Below are positions 1 to 9,251 of a DNA stretch of 64,000 nucleotides, piece after piece (position 1 is the first letter of the stretch; every line of letters begins with the position of its first letter). Under the pieces are notes generated by a model. It saw nothing but the letters and a program-made list of their open reading frames with translations, was not told the origin of the DNA and searched no databases. The position numbers and the translations under genes are program-made. Source of the DNA: an uncultured delta proteobacterium. Lineage in GTDB: Bacteria > Myxococcota > Myxococcia > Myxococcales > Myxococcaceae. Where the stretch lies: positions 160,001 through 224,000 of the forward strand of contig CAVZMH010000016.1 in assembly GCA_963776345.1 (NCBI GenBank). The letters run 5' to 3'.

Positions 1-525
1 GAGCACGATGCCTCCCGGGTCGTGCTGGAGGTAGTCGCCGTGGACGTAGAACGTGTCCTGCATGTCCCGGGCGGGGTGGTCCGCCGGGAAGTTCAGCGAC
101 TCGAAGTTGTAGAGATCGAGCTCGATCTCCGGGCTCTGCACCACGTCGAAGCCGAGCCGCTGGAAGGTCCGGGTGACCTCCTCCAGCGTGCGCGAGACCA
201 CGTGCCGGCGCCCAGGGCGGCGCATCCGGCCCGGCAGCGTGACGTCGATGGGCGGCGCATCGAGCTCCGCCTGGAGCGCGGCGCCGGCGATGCGCCCCTC
301 CGCCTCGCCGAGCAGCGCCTCCACCTCGGCCTTGATCCGGTTGGCCACCTCCCCCACCCGGCGACGCTCGTCGGGGCCGAGCTTGCCCATCCCGCCGAGC
401 ACGGCGGACAGCTCGCCCTTCTTGCCCAGGTAGCGGATGCGCAGCGCCTCGAGGCCGGCCGCGTCCTGGGCCCGGCCGATCTCCTCGCGCGCCTTGCTCG
501 CCAGCGATTCCAGTCGGTCCTGCAT
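1..525 (-). CDS. pheS: Phenylalanyl-tRNA synthetase alpha subunit, N-terminal part (runs off the window)
   Basis: Manual translation from ATG at 525: MQDRLESLASKAREEIG...RYLGKKGELS...IDVTLPG...NFESLNFPADHPARDMQDTFY; GGAGG SD upstream; follows rplT. Confidence 0.97.
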   Translation of the reverse strand, partial: MQDRLESLASKAREEIGRAQDAAGLEALRIRYLGKKGELSAVLGGMGKLGPDERRRVGEVANRIKAEVEALLGEAEGRIAGAALQAELDAPPIDVTLPGRMRRPGRRHVVSRTLEEVTRTFQRLGFDVVQSPEIELDLYNFESLNFPADHPARDMQDTFYVHGDYLQHDPGGIVL

Positions 526-625
526 GGGTCCTCCCAGTCCTCCTCAAACGACAGAGGGCCGCCCCTGGGGGCAGCCCTCGTGTCCTCTCGCCGGGGCTCG
601 AAGCCCGCCCGGCAGGGGTCCGATG

Positions 626-970
626 TCAGGCCGCCGCGATCTTCGCGATGGCGGCAAAGCCCTGCGGATCGGCGACGGCGATGTCGGCCAGCACCTTTCG
701 GTCCAGCGCCACCTGCGCCTTGCTCAGCCCGGCGATGAGCCGGCTGTAGCTCAGGCCCGACAGCCGGGCCGCGGCGTTGATCCGGACGATCCACAGCGCG
801 CGGAAGTCGCGCTTCTTCCGGGCCCGGTCACGGCTGGCGTAGTCCAGCGCGCGCTCCACGGCCTGGTTCGCCCGCTTGTAGCAGTTCTTCCGCCGGCCCC
901 TGAACCCCTTGGCCAGCTTGAGAATCCGGTTGCGGCGACGGCGCGCCTTGAAACCCTTCTTGACCCGCAT
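626..970 (-). CDS. rplT: 50S ribosomal protein L20
   Basis: MRVKKG...[10 protein letters not shown]...[18 protein letters not shown]; operon position. Confidence 0.99.
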   Translation of the reverse strand: MRVKKGFKARRRRNRILKLAKGFRGRRKNCYKRANQAVERALDYASRDRARKKRDFRALWIVRINAAARLSGLSYSRLIAGLSKAQVALDRKVLADIAVADPQGFAAIAKIAAA

Positions 971-979
971 GGCTCGTCC

Positions 980-1189
980 TCAGTTCGCCCCGTAGGGGAA
1001 CAGCTCCTTGATGACCTTCTTCGCGTCCATGTCGCGAAGGTGGCCGGTGCCGCGGTTGCGGCGATCGTTGTTGGCGGTCTTGGAGAAGGTGAACAGGTGC
1101 TTGGCGTAGGCCTTGCCGTGCTTCACCTTGCCCGACTTCTTCACCTGGAACCGCTTCTTCGCCCCGCTCCGCGTCTTCATCTTCGGCAT
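980..1189 (-). CDS. rpmI: 50S ribosomal protein L35
   Basis: MPKMKTRSGAKKRF motif; lies between infC and rplT. Confidence 0.98.
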   Translation of the reverse strand: MPKMKTRSGAKKRFQVKKSGKVKHGKAYAKHLFTFSKTANNDRRNRGTGHLRDMDAKKVIKELFPYGAN

Positions 1190-1200
1190 CGCTCGACTCC

Positions 1201-1842
1201 TCAAACCTGTCCTGGCCCCGCGGGGGGGGCCTTGGTTGCCGCCTCCGCCGCAGGGGGAGTCGGCTCTGCCTTCCGTTCCGCTTCCAGCTGCGCCGCCCGT
1301 TGCCTGGCGAGGTCCCGCGCCCGCTGGGCGACCTTGGGATTGGGAGCGAGGATCATGAACATCTGCCGGCCTTCCATGCGGGGCACCTGCTCCACCACGC
1401 CCACTTCCTTCACGTCCTTGATGACGTCGTCGAGCAGCGCCTGGCCGAGCTCCTTGTGGGTGATCTCCCGGCCCCGGAACATGATGGTGATCCGCGCCTT
1501 GTTCCCCTCCTCGAGGAAGCGCTTCACGTTGCGGACCTTGAACTCGTAGTCGTGCTCCTCCGTCTTCGGCCGCATCTTCACCTCCTTGAGGTGAACCACG
1601 ACCTGCTTCTTCTTCGCCTCCGATGCCCGCTTCTTCTCCTCGTACTTGAAGCGGCCGTAATCCATGATCTTGCAGACCGGAGGCTTGGCCATCGGGTTGA
1701 CCTCGACGAGGTCCATCCCGAACTGATTGGCCTGCTCCAGTGCCGCTTCGATCGTCAGGACACCCAGCTGCTCGCCAGCAGGCCCGACCACGCGCACTTC
1801 ACGGGCGCGGATCCGCCGGTTCGTTCTCTGGTCGCGAGCGAT
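1201..1842 (-). CDS. infC: Translation initiation factor IF-3, AUC start, with Ala/Pro-rich C-terminal extension
   Basis: NRRIRAREVRVVG...DLVEVNP..KPPVCKIMDYG...KEVKMRPK; in-frame ATC at 1840-1842, 8 nt downstream of a GGAGGT SD (1851-1856). Confidence 0.96.
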   Translation of the reverse strand: MARDQRTNRRIRAREVRVVGPAGEQLGVLTIEAALEQANQFGMDLVEVNPMAKPPVCKIMDYGRFKYEEKKRASEAKKKQVVVHLKEVKMRPKTEEHDYEFKVRNVKRFLEEGNKARITIMFRGREITHKELGQALLDDVIKDVKEVGVVEQVPRMEGRQMFMILAPNPKVAQRARDLARQRAAQLEAERKAEPTPPAAEAATKAPPAGPGQV

Positions 1843-1905
1843 GTGAGTCGACCTCCAGCTGGGGGATGCCTGCCCGGGCGGGCGCAGGGGTCCAAAGGGC
1901 GGGGC

Positions 1906-1933
1906 AAGATACTTACCTGACGCCCCAAGTCAA
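1906..1933 (-). promoter_or_regulatory. sigma70-like promoter for infC-rpmI-rplT
   Basis: TTGACT-N16-TATCTT on the minus strand in an AT-richer patch upstream of infC. Confidence 0.55.
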
Positions 1934-1999
1934 GCGACGCCCCCGGCCAGGCGAGGACCTCACCTTCATAGCGCCGAAAGGGGCACACTGCCCGGCGCG

Positions 2000-3700
2000 A
2001 TGCGTGTCCTTCTCCCCCTGCTCCTGGCCGGGTGGACGGTGTCGGCGGCCCCCCCGTCCCGTGGGGACACCTCGGTGGGCCTGTTACTCCACGACTCCTG
2101 TGCCGGGCCCAAGGCGGAGGCGTGCAACCGGCTGGGGCGGATGTTCATGCCCGGGTTCGTGACCCGGAACGAGCTGAAGGCGCTCCGGGCGTCCAAGGCC
2201 TACTGCGAGCTGCTCGGGACACCCTGGGAGTGCCTCGACGCCCGCGAGCGGGTGCTGCGCCAGCGCCCACCGGACCTGGCGGCGGCGGCGAGCCTGGCCT
2301 CCGGAGCGTGCAGCTCGGGCTCGCCCCGGGGCTGCGTCCTCTGGGCGGAGGCGCTGGGGTGTGGCCGCGGTGTCCCGGCGGACGTGAAGAAGGGGCTCGC
2401 GGTGCTCCGGCGACAGTGCGAGCAGGGCCCGCAGGCCTGTCTCGAGCTGGCGGCATGGCTCGACGTCCCGGGCGCTCACGCGGCCCTGGCCGGCTCGCCG
2501 GCGAAGCCGAACGCGACCTACGCCGCGGCGCAGATCGCGCTCTTCAACGACCGGGTGGACCGCGCCGCCCAGCTGCTGGCCTCCTTGCCCAAGGCGGCCT
2601 CTCCCTGGCCGGAGCGGCGGGCCTTCCTCTCGGCGATGATCGCCCTCGCCCGGAAGGACGACGCAGGATTCCGGGCCTCGGTGGCGCAGCTCCGGAAGCT
2701 GAAGCCGGACGAGCCCGTGGCCCGCATCCTCGGCAGGCTGGTCTCCGCGAACCTCGCCGCTGGCTGGATGCCGGCGCTGATCTCGGCATGGACCGAGGAG
2801 CGAAAGCCCGAGCTGCGGAGTGATCCGTTCCTGCTCCCCTGGTTCGAGCCGCAGTCGACCTGCGTCCCCGGGGAGCGGGACCTCCGGACCGCCGACCCTG
2901 CCGAGTCGGTGGAGGCCTTCGTCACGGCGCTCGCGCACCGCCTCCAGGAGTGGCCGCGGCCACCGCCCCCGGCGGCGCTGCTCGATGCGGCGCGCACGCA
3001 GGCCGGGGTGTCCGACGACGGCGTGCGGTTGATCGCGGTGTCGCTGCTGGTCGAGCCCTTCCTCTCGCCGGAGCAGCGGGAGCGGTCGCGCCCGGTGGCG
3101 ACGGGGGCGCTGTCGGCGCTGGCCGGTGCGAACCCGGCGGATGCGTTCCTCCAGCTCGCGGCGCTGGCGGGGCCGGATCCGGAGACGGCGCCGGTGGGGA
3201 TCCCGGCGCTCGACCGGCTCGAGCGGGTGGCGAAGGCGGACGCGCTGCGCTTTCCAGGGCTGCTGCTCCGCGAGACGCTCGAGCGGACGCTCCGGCCGGA
3301 AGACTTCCGCGACCTCGGGCTGAGCACGGCGGTGCAGGTGGTGCTCGACGTCGACCTCGAGCGGTACCTGGAGCGCGTGCTCAACGAGGCCGGGGAGCCG
3401 GACCGGCGGGTGGCCGTGGTGCGGACGCTGGGCTGGCAGATGTCCCGGAGCGGCTGGCTGGTCCACCTCTTCACCGGCGCCAGGCTCCTGGCCCTGGTGG
3501 CCGAGCGAACCGGAAGCGACGCCGACCGGGCGATGGCCGCGTCGACGCTGGCGCGGGGGCGGCGGCTGTGGAGCGGGTGGGCGGTGCTCCCGCGGATCGG
3601 GCGCTGGCCGGTGTCCGCGCTCCCGGACGAGCTGCGGGCGCGCGGCTTCGAGGACGAGGTGGGCGTGCTGGAGCGCTACGCGGCGATGGGCGCGGAGTGA
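2000..3700 (+). CDS. Secreted hypothetical protein with Cys-containing Sel1/TPR-like helical repeats in the N-terminal part
   Basis: Signal peptide; ACNRLGRMF, GCVLWAEALGCGRGVPADVKKG and ACLELA resemble Sel1 repeats; fills the gap between infC and thrS. Confidence 0.7.
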   Translation: MRVLLPLLLAGWTVSAAPPSRGDTSVGLLLHDSCAGPKAEACNRLGRMFMPGFVTRNELKALRASKAYCELLGTPWECLDARERVLRQRPPDLAAAASLASGACSSGSPRGCVLWAEALGCGRGVPADVKKGLAVLRRQCEQGPQACLELAAWLDVPGAHAALAGSPAKPNATYAAAQIALFNDRVDRAAQLLASLPKAASPWPERRAFLSAMIALARKDDAGFRASVAQLRKLKPDEPVARILGRLVSANLAAGWMPALISAWTEERKPELRSDPFLLPWFEPQSTCVPGERDLRTADPAESVEAFVTALAHRLQEWPRPPPPAALLDAARTQAGVSDDGVRLIAVSLLVEPFLSPEQRERSRPVATGALSALAGANPADAFLQLAALAGPDPETAPVGIPALDRLERVAKADALRFPGLLLRETLERTLRPEDFRDLGLSTAVQVVLDVDLERYLERVLNEAGEPDRRVAVVRTLGWQMSRSGWLVHLFTGARLLALVAERTGSDADRAMAASTLARGRRLWSGWAVLPRIGRWPVSALPDELRARGFEDEVGVLERYAAMGAE

Positions 3701-3701
3701 G

Positions 3702-5630
3702 CTAAGGCGCGGCGCCTTCCCTGGAGAGCAGCTCGAGGAAGGCATCGAGCGGCATGGACTTGAGATCTTCGCCGCCGTAGCGCCGGGGGGCGACGGCGCG
3801 CTGCTCGACCTCGCGGTCGCCCATGACCAGGGTGAAGGGAATCTTCTGGAGCTGGGCCTCGCGGATCTTGGCGTTCATGGTCATGCCGCGATCATCCAGC
3901 TCGGCGCGGAAGCCCCGCGAGCGGAGCAGCTCGAGGACCTCGCGGGCGTACGGCAGCTGCCGGTCGGCCACGGTGACCAGCGCGACCTGGATCGGGGCGA
4001 GCCAGGTGGGGAACGCGCCAGCGTAGTGCTCGACCAGGATGGCGATGAAGCGCTCGAAGCTGCCGTAGATGGCGCGGTGGAGGACCACCGGGCGGTGCTC
4101 GGCGTTGTCCTCGCCGACGTAGGCGAGCTCGAACCGCTCGGGCGCGTTGTAGTCGGCCTGGATGGTGCCGAGCTGCCAGGTCCGGCCGATGCTGTCCTTC
4201 ACGTGGAAGTCGAGCTTCGGGCCGTAGAAGGCGCCGTCCCCGGGGTTCTGCTCGTACTCGATGCTCAGCGACTTCACCGCGGACTCGAGCGCGGCCTCGG
4301 CGCGGTCCCAGAGCGCGTCGTCGCCGATGCGCTGGGGTGGCCGGGTGCCGAACTTGGCGACGTAGGTGAGGCCGAACGCGACGTAGACCTGGTCGAGGAG
4401 CTGGATGAAGCGCTTCACCTCGTCGGCGAGCTGCCCCTCGGTGCAGTAGATGTGCGCGTCGTCCTGGGCGAACTGCCGGACGCGGGTGAGGCCGCTGAGG
4501 CTGCCCGACGCCTCGTTCCGGTGCAGCACGTCCTGGGTCGAGAAGCGCAGCGGCAGCTCGCGGTAGCTGTGCTTCCGGGAGGCGAAGTACAGGTGGTGCG
4601 AGGGGCAGTTCATCGGCTTCAGGCTGAAGTCGTGCTCGCCGGTCTCGTTGTCGAGGACCAGGAACATGTTCTCGCGGTACTTGCCCCAGTGCCCGCTCTT
4701 CTCCCAGAGGGCCTTGTTGTAGAGGAGCGGGGTCTTGATCTCCTGGTAGCCGTTCTCCCGGGTCCACCGGCGCATCCGGTCGGCGAGCACCTGGTAGAGG
4801 ACGGTCCCCTTCGGGCTCCAGAAGGCGGCCCCGGGCGCCTCGGGGAAGAACTCGAACAGGTCGAGCTCGCGGCCGAGCTTCCGGTGATCGCGCTTCTTCG
4901 CCTGTTCCTGGAGGTTCAGCCAGGCATCGAGCTCCTTCCTGTCGAAGAAGGCGGTGCCGTAGATGCGCTGGAGCATCGGGTTGCGGTGATCGCCGCGCCA
5001 GTACGCGCCGCTGGTGCTGAGCAGCTTGATGGCGCCGATCTTCCCGGTCGAGGGGCCGTGGGGGCCGAGGCAGAAGTCAACCCAGTCGCCGTGCCGGTAG
5101 AGCGTCAGCGTCGTGGCGCCCTTGGCGACGATGTCCTCGATGATCTCCACCTTGAACTTCTCGCCCTTGGACTGGAAGAGATGGATGGCGTCGGCGACGT
5201 TCACCTCCTCGCGGACGAAGGGGAGGTTCTTGGCGATCTCCTTGTTCGCCTCCTCCTCGATGGCCTGGAGCTCCTCCGGGGTGAAGGGCTTGTCGCGGAA
5301 GAAGTCGTAGTAGAAGCCGCCCTCGATCGTCGGGCCGATGGTGACCTGGGTCCCGGGGAAGAGCTTTTGGACCGCGCTGGCGACGACGTGAGCCGCGTCG
5401 TGGCGGATGGTGTCCAGGGCCTCGGGGGCCTTGGAGGTGAGGATCTCCAGCTTCCCGTTCTCGGTCAGCGGCCGGGTGAGATCGATCTCCTTGCCGTTGA
5501 AGCGGGCGAGGACGGCCGCCTTGGCCAGGCCGGGACCGATGGACTCCTTGACGAAGTCCCCGACGCGGATGCCGGCCGGAGCAGCCTTGGTGCTGCCGTC
5601 CGGGAGGGTGATCTGGATCGAGTCCGCCAT
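3702..5630 (-). CDS. thrS: Threonyl-tRNA synthetase
   Basis: TGS domain; [63 protein letters not shown]. Confidence 0.99.
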   Translation of the reverse strand: MADSIQITLPDGSTKAAPAGIRVGDFVKESIGPGLAKAAVLARFNGKEIDLTRPLTENGKLEILTSKAPEALDTIRHDAAHVVASAVQKLFPGTQVTIGPTIEGGFYYDFFRDKPFTPEELQAIEEEANKEIAKNLPFVREEVNVADAIHLFQSKGEKFKVEIIEDIVAKGATTLTLYRHGDWVDFCLGPHGPSTGKIGAIKLLSTSGAYWRGDHRNPMLQRIYGTAFFDRKELDAWLNLQEQAKKRDHRKLGRELDLFEFFPEAPGAAFWSPKGTVLYQVLADRMRRWTRENGYQEIKTPLLYNKALWEKSGHWGKYRENMFLVLDNETGEHDFSLKPMNCPSHHLYFASRKHSYRELPLRFSTQDVLHRNEASGSLSGLTRVRQFAQDDAHIYCTEGQLADEVKRFIQLLDQVYVAFGLTYVAKFGTRPPQRIGDDALWDRAEAALESAVKSLSIEYEQNPGDGAFYGPKLDFHVKDSIGRTWQLGTIQADYNAPERFELAYVGEDNAEHRPVVLHRAIYGSFERFIAILVEHYAGAFPTWLAPIQVALVTVADRQLPYAREVLELLRSRGFRAELDDRGMTMNAKIREAQLQKIPFTLVMGDREVEQRAVAPRRYGGEDLKSMPLDAFLELLSREGAAP

Positions 5631-5669
5631 GGAGGGCGGATACCTACGAGAAACACGGGGCTGGCGCCA

Positions 5670-6041
5670 CTACGAGTCGTGGCTCGCCGCTCGCGAATTG
5701 ACCCCAAGGCGCGCCCGCGCCTCGAGGCACGGTGCGCTGCCCGGCTCGAGTGCGCGGCACAGCATGGGCCGATCTTCGTAGACGGCGCAGAGGAATCGGT
5801 TCGGTACGGCGGTGCGCAGCGCGCTGCAGTGTCCGTGCGTCATCTTCATGAAGCGCCTCGGCTCCGACTCTCGGCCGAAGCTCGCCGGGATCTCACCGGA
5901 GGCCGGGGCCACGAACTCGGCCGTTCGTGCCGTGCCCAGCCTCGCGACGTCATCGGGGAAGACCTGCACGTAGTCGCGCTTTCCGAAGCAGCAGGCGCCG
6001 CAGGTCGTGCAGTCGTAGGTTTCGCCCAAGGTCGAGTACAT
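5670..6041 (-). CDS. YkgJ-family CxxCxxCC cysteine-cluster (Zn/Fe-chelating) protein
   Basis: CTTCGACC ... C.AL ... CAVYEDRPMLCR; start codon uncertain. Confidence 0.85.
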   Translation of the reverse strand: MYSTLGETYDCTTCGACCFGKRDYVQVFPDDVARLGTARTAEFVAPASGEIPASFGRESEPRRFMKMTHGHCSALRTAVPNRFLCAVYEDRPMLCRALEPGSAPCLEARARLGVNSRAASHDS

Positions 6042-6100
6042 AACCGGGACGAGCGCCAGCGCGCTTCGTCAGCCAGCTCGCCACCCTCTCACAAATCTTG

Positions 6101-6172
<72 letters not shown>

Positions 6173-6231
6173 CGAAGAGGCAGGGGAAATACCTGGCCGC
6201 CCCCCGGGGGTGTCAAGCGACGCGGCTCAGC

Positions 6232-6699
6232 TCACGCCCGCTCGACCCGGGCCGCGTAGCAGCCCCGACCGGCGTTGTGGACGTGGAGGTACGCCGTCCC
6301 GGGCATCGCGAGCAACCGCTCGAAGACCGGAGCTGCCTCCCGCCCCTTCACCACCACCCCGTCGAGCATCTGGCCGGCCTGGTCGAACGCCCGGACCGAG
6401 AGCGTCCGCCGCGCGAGCACCTCGGGCACCTCGTCGATCCCGGGACGGGCCTCCTCCGCGCCGTCCTCGACGAAGATGGCGTGCGAGGAGCGGTACGGCG
6501 TCGCCGCGGGCTGGTGCTCGAAGTTCAGGAGCAGCATCCGGGTGCCGGGCTCTGCGTCGCGGAGCGAGACGCGGCAGGGGAAGCCGGGGACGGCGTCGGC
6601 GAGCTTCACCTCGATGCCTCGCGCGGCGAGCTCCCGGTCCGACAGCCCGTAGAGGGAACGGAACAGCGACGACGGCAGACCCACGACCCGAAATGCCAC
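6232..6699 (-). CDS. DUF1203-family protein
   Basis: PGFPCRVSLRDAEPG...PYRSSHAIFV...YLHVHNAGRGCYAARVER; GTG start with GGAGG SD. Confidence 0.88.
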   Translation of the reverse strand: MAFRVVGLPSSLFRSLYGLSDRELAARGIEVKLADAVPGFPCRVSLRDAEPGTRMLLLNFEHQPAATPYRSSHAIFVEDGAEEARPGIDEVPEVLARRTLSVRAFDQAGQMLDGVVVKGREAAPVFERLLAMPGTAYLHVHNAGRGCYAARVERA

Positions 6700-6807
6700 G
6701 GCGTCCCTCCTGCTCAGGTTCGCCCAGGAGAGTGTCCGAGAAGCATCCACCGGGCGTCCCGGTTCCTGCGCTCGAATGCTCGTCGGAGGGCGACACGGCG
6801 TCGGAGG

Positions 6808-7551
6808 TCAGACCGTCAGCTCGACCGCGCGACGCAGGACCTGGTCGAACATCGCCGGCGTCAACCGGCCGGTCTGCGTGTTCTGCTGGCTCACGTGGTA
6901 CGCGCCGAGGAGAGTCGGAGCTCCATCGAGCGATACCTCCGCCCCGTGCGCGAAGCGGGGCGCGGGCCGCGGGACGACCACGCCCTGTGCGCGCAGCACC
7001 CCGAGCACCGCCCCCCAGGCGATCGCCCCGAGCGCGAGCACCACCCGCGGCCGCAGCAGCTCCAGCTCGCGGGCGAGCCACGGCGCGCAGCGGGCGAGCT
7101 CGTCGGGACGCGGCGCATTGGCCGGCGGCGCGCACCGGGCGGACAGCGTCACCCACGCTCGCCGGAGAACGAGCCCGTCGCCACGCGACTCGCTCCGGCC
7201 CTGATTCGCCAGCCCGGCCCGGTGCAGCGCCGCGTACAGGAAGTCACCCGACCGGTCGCCGGTGAAGACACGCCCCGTGCGGTTTCCACCGTGCGCCGCC
7301 GGCGCGAGGCCCACGATCACCAGCCGCGCCCGCGGATCCCCCCACCCGGGGACCGGCCGGGCCCAGTACGTCCAGTCCCGGAAGGCCCGGCGCTTCACCC
7401 GGCCCACCTCCTCGCGCCAGCGCACCAGCCGGGGACACGCCACGCAGCCCAGGATCCGATGCTCCAGCACGTCGAGCGAGCCGCACCGGGGCGCCGCCGA
7501 GGCGGGGCTCCGGACCGCCCCGGGCGAGCGGATGGCCGACCGCGCGCTCAT
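6808..7551 (-). CDS. Uracil-DNA glycosylase, family 5 (UdgB-like, Fe-S)
   Basis: CVACPRL, GLAPAAHGGNRTGRVFTGDRSGDFL, RCAPPAN, YHVSQQNT; start uncertain. Confidence 0.93.
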   Translation of the reverse strand: MSARSAIRSPGAVRSPASAAPRCGSLDVLEHRILGCVACPRLVRWREEVGRVKRRAFRDWTYWARPVPGWGDPRARLVIVGLAPAAHGGNRTGRVFTGDRSGDFLYAALHRAGLANQGRSESRGDGLVLRRAWVTLSARCAPPANAPRPDELARCAPWLARELELLRPRVVLALGAIAWGAVLGVLRAQGVVVPRPAPRFAHGAEVSLDGAPTLLGAYHVSQQNTQTGRLTPAMFDQVLRRAVELTV

Positions 7552-7600
7552 GGGCCTCCGCACCTCGAACGCCAGCCGCCAGCCCGGGCGACCGCGTCCA

Positions 7601-7722
7601 GAGCACAAGACGCTATAGCAACCACGCTGCCACCGAGCGTGAAGCGGGAACGACGATTCAGCCACTTGCGACGGCTCGGTTCGCACTCCCAGTCATCGAA
7701 ATTGCTATAGCGTCTTGAGCGC
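7601..7722. repeat. 122-bp intergenic dyad element, copy 1 (MITE- or REP/RIP-like)
   Basis: Perfect 16-bp inverted repeat CAAGACGCTATAGCAA (7606-7621) / TTGCTATAGCGTCTTG (7702-7717), 19/21 when extended; aligns without gaps to 53624-53745. Confidence 0.85.
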
Positions 7723-7810
7723 GGGGAGCAGGCTCCCCCGGCCGCTCCCCACCTCAGAGTGCCCACCGAGGCGCGCTCGATCCGCGAGCCGCCGTCTCCC
7801 CGGGAGCGAG

Positions 7811-8614
7811 TCACGGGCCCCCGTCGCTCCGTGTTCCGGCGGCCATGTTCGACGTGGCCGGCGCGTTCGGAGTCGCGGCCTCGAGCTGATCCAGCAACCG
7901 CCGCGCCGCATCCGCCCGCGCGAGCTCCTCGCCCACCTCGACCCGCAGCTCTACGTCCGGATGCACGAGCAGGACGGCGTGCACGGCGCCGGCATCCGCC
8001 ACTGCCGGCACCTCCACCCGGAGCGGCAGTCCGCAGACCCCGTCCGCAGTCACCCCGGCGAGCGGCGCCCGGATCCGCACCCGTGTGTGCGCCGGCACCG
8101 CCCCGCACTCGACCGGGGCACCGGGAACCCCGGAGAGCTCCACCCCGGAGAACGCCCGCGCCCGCGTCCACTCCTCGCGCTCGGGCCACCCGCCCCTGCT
8201 CCACCGCACCGCCACCGGTCGCAGCACCCGGAGCCGCGCCGCGAGCTCCTCGGTGAACGGCCCATCGACGTCGACCGCCAGCCGCCCGGGCGACCAGCGG
8301 CGCACCCGGGCCACGTCGAGCCCGCGCTCCTCGACCCACGGCCCCACCCGGCCCACGAACGGCGCGAGCGCCGGAGCGCCGAGTGGCGCACGCACCTGAA
8401 CGAAGGCCGAGCCCGCGAGCTGCAGCGTCTCCTCCGTGGACCGCCGGAGGCCGTTGCTCCGTGTCCGCACCCAGAGCACCACCTCGGGCCGGGCCAGGGC
8501 CCGCAGCCGGTCCGGGTCCAGCTCCTCGGAGACCTCGACGTGCATCCGGAACCCCGGCAAGGCCAGCTCCGAGGGCCCGGCCGCGAGCACCAGAGCCAGC
8601 GCCACCCAGCTCAC
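7811..8614 (-). CDS. Hypothetical protein with N-terminal signal/hydrophobic segment
   Basis: GTG start overlaps the upstream stop (GTGA); MSWVALALVLAAGP...; no family recognised. Confidence 0.7.
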   Translation of the reverse strand: MSWVALALVLAAGPSELALPGFRMHVEVSEELDPDRLRALARPEVVLWVRTRSNGLRRSTEETLQLAGSAFVQVRAPLGAPALAPFVGRVGPWVEERGLDVARVRRWSPGRLAVDVDGPFTEELAARLRVLRPVAVRWSRGGWPEREEWTRARAFSGVELSGVPGAPVECGAVPAHTRVRIRAPLAGVTADGVCGLPLRVEVPAVADAGAVHAVLLVHPDVELRVEVGEELARADAARRLLDQLEAATPNAPATSNMAAGTRSDGGP

Positions 8615-9183
8615 GGGGGTGCCCGCCGCGCCGGAGCCACCCAGAGGTGCCCCCAGCGCAGGAAGTACTGCGCGGTGCTGATCGCCACGCACAGGCCAGT
8701 GAAGTAGCCGGAGACCAGAAACCAGGCGTGCAGCAGCGGCGAGTCGCTGAACGTCAGGTCCATCAGCCCGAGCACCAGGAAGCAGGTCAGCGCGAACGTC
8801 GCGTACTTGCCCACCCGGGACGGGGCCGCGGGCATCTCCAGCCCCTTGCGCTTCACCATCGCCGCGCCGGCGGCAATCGAGCCGTCGCGGAAGGCGATCA
8901 GGAGCACCATCCACAGCGGCGCCTCGTGCTCGAGGAAGAGCATGATCAACGCCGCGCCGGTGAGCAGCTTGTCCGCCAGCGGATCCAGGAAGGCGCCGAG
9001 CTTCGTCCGCTGATGGAGCAGTCGCGCCAGGAGGCCGTCCAGCGAGTCGGTCAACGCGGCGGCGAGGAAGAGAGCCAGGGCCCAGCCCGGCCTACCGCCC
9101 AGATGGAGCGCCACGAACACCGGCACAGCCAGCAGGCGCAGATAGGTCAGGAGATTCGGGACAGTCCACGCGTCCGCGGGCAC
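8611..9183 (-). CDS. CDP-alcohol phosphatidyltransferase (PgsA/Cls-like)
   Basis: TVPNLLTYLRL; signature DSLDGLLAR...TKLGAFLDPLADK; RDG. Confidence 0.93.
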   Translation of the reverse strand: MPADAWTVPNLLTYLRLLAVPVFVALHLGGRPGWALALFLAAALTDSLDGLLARLLHQRTKLGAFLDPLADKLLTGAALIMLFLEHEAPLWMVLLIAFRDGSIAAGAAMVKRKGLEMPAAPSRVGKYATFALTCFLVLGLMDLTFSDSPLLHAWFLVSGYFTGLCVAISTAQYFLRWGHLWVAPARRAPP

Positions 9184-9251
9184 GAGCAGTACAGATTAGC
9201 AGGGCATCGCCAGGCGCTCCCGCAACGATGTGGCGTGGCGAGCCTCATCCG

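Noticed and set aside
526..625. pheM-like attenuator or T-box before pheS
   Set aside because: A GC hairpin is present (about 555-579), but there is no Phe-rich leader ORF or T-box motif and only a weak U-tract.
7601..7722. 122-bp elements as integron attC sites
   Set aside because: No RYYYAAC/GTTRRRY core ends, no cassette array and no integrase.
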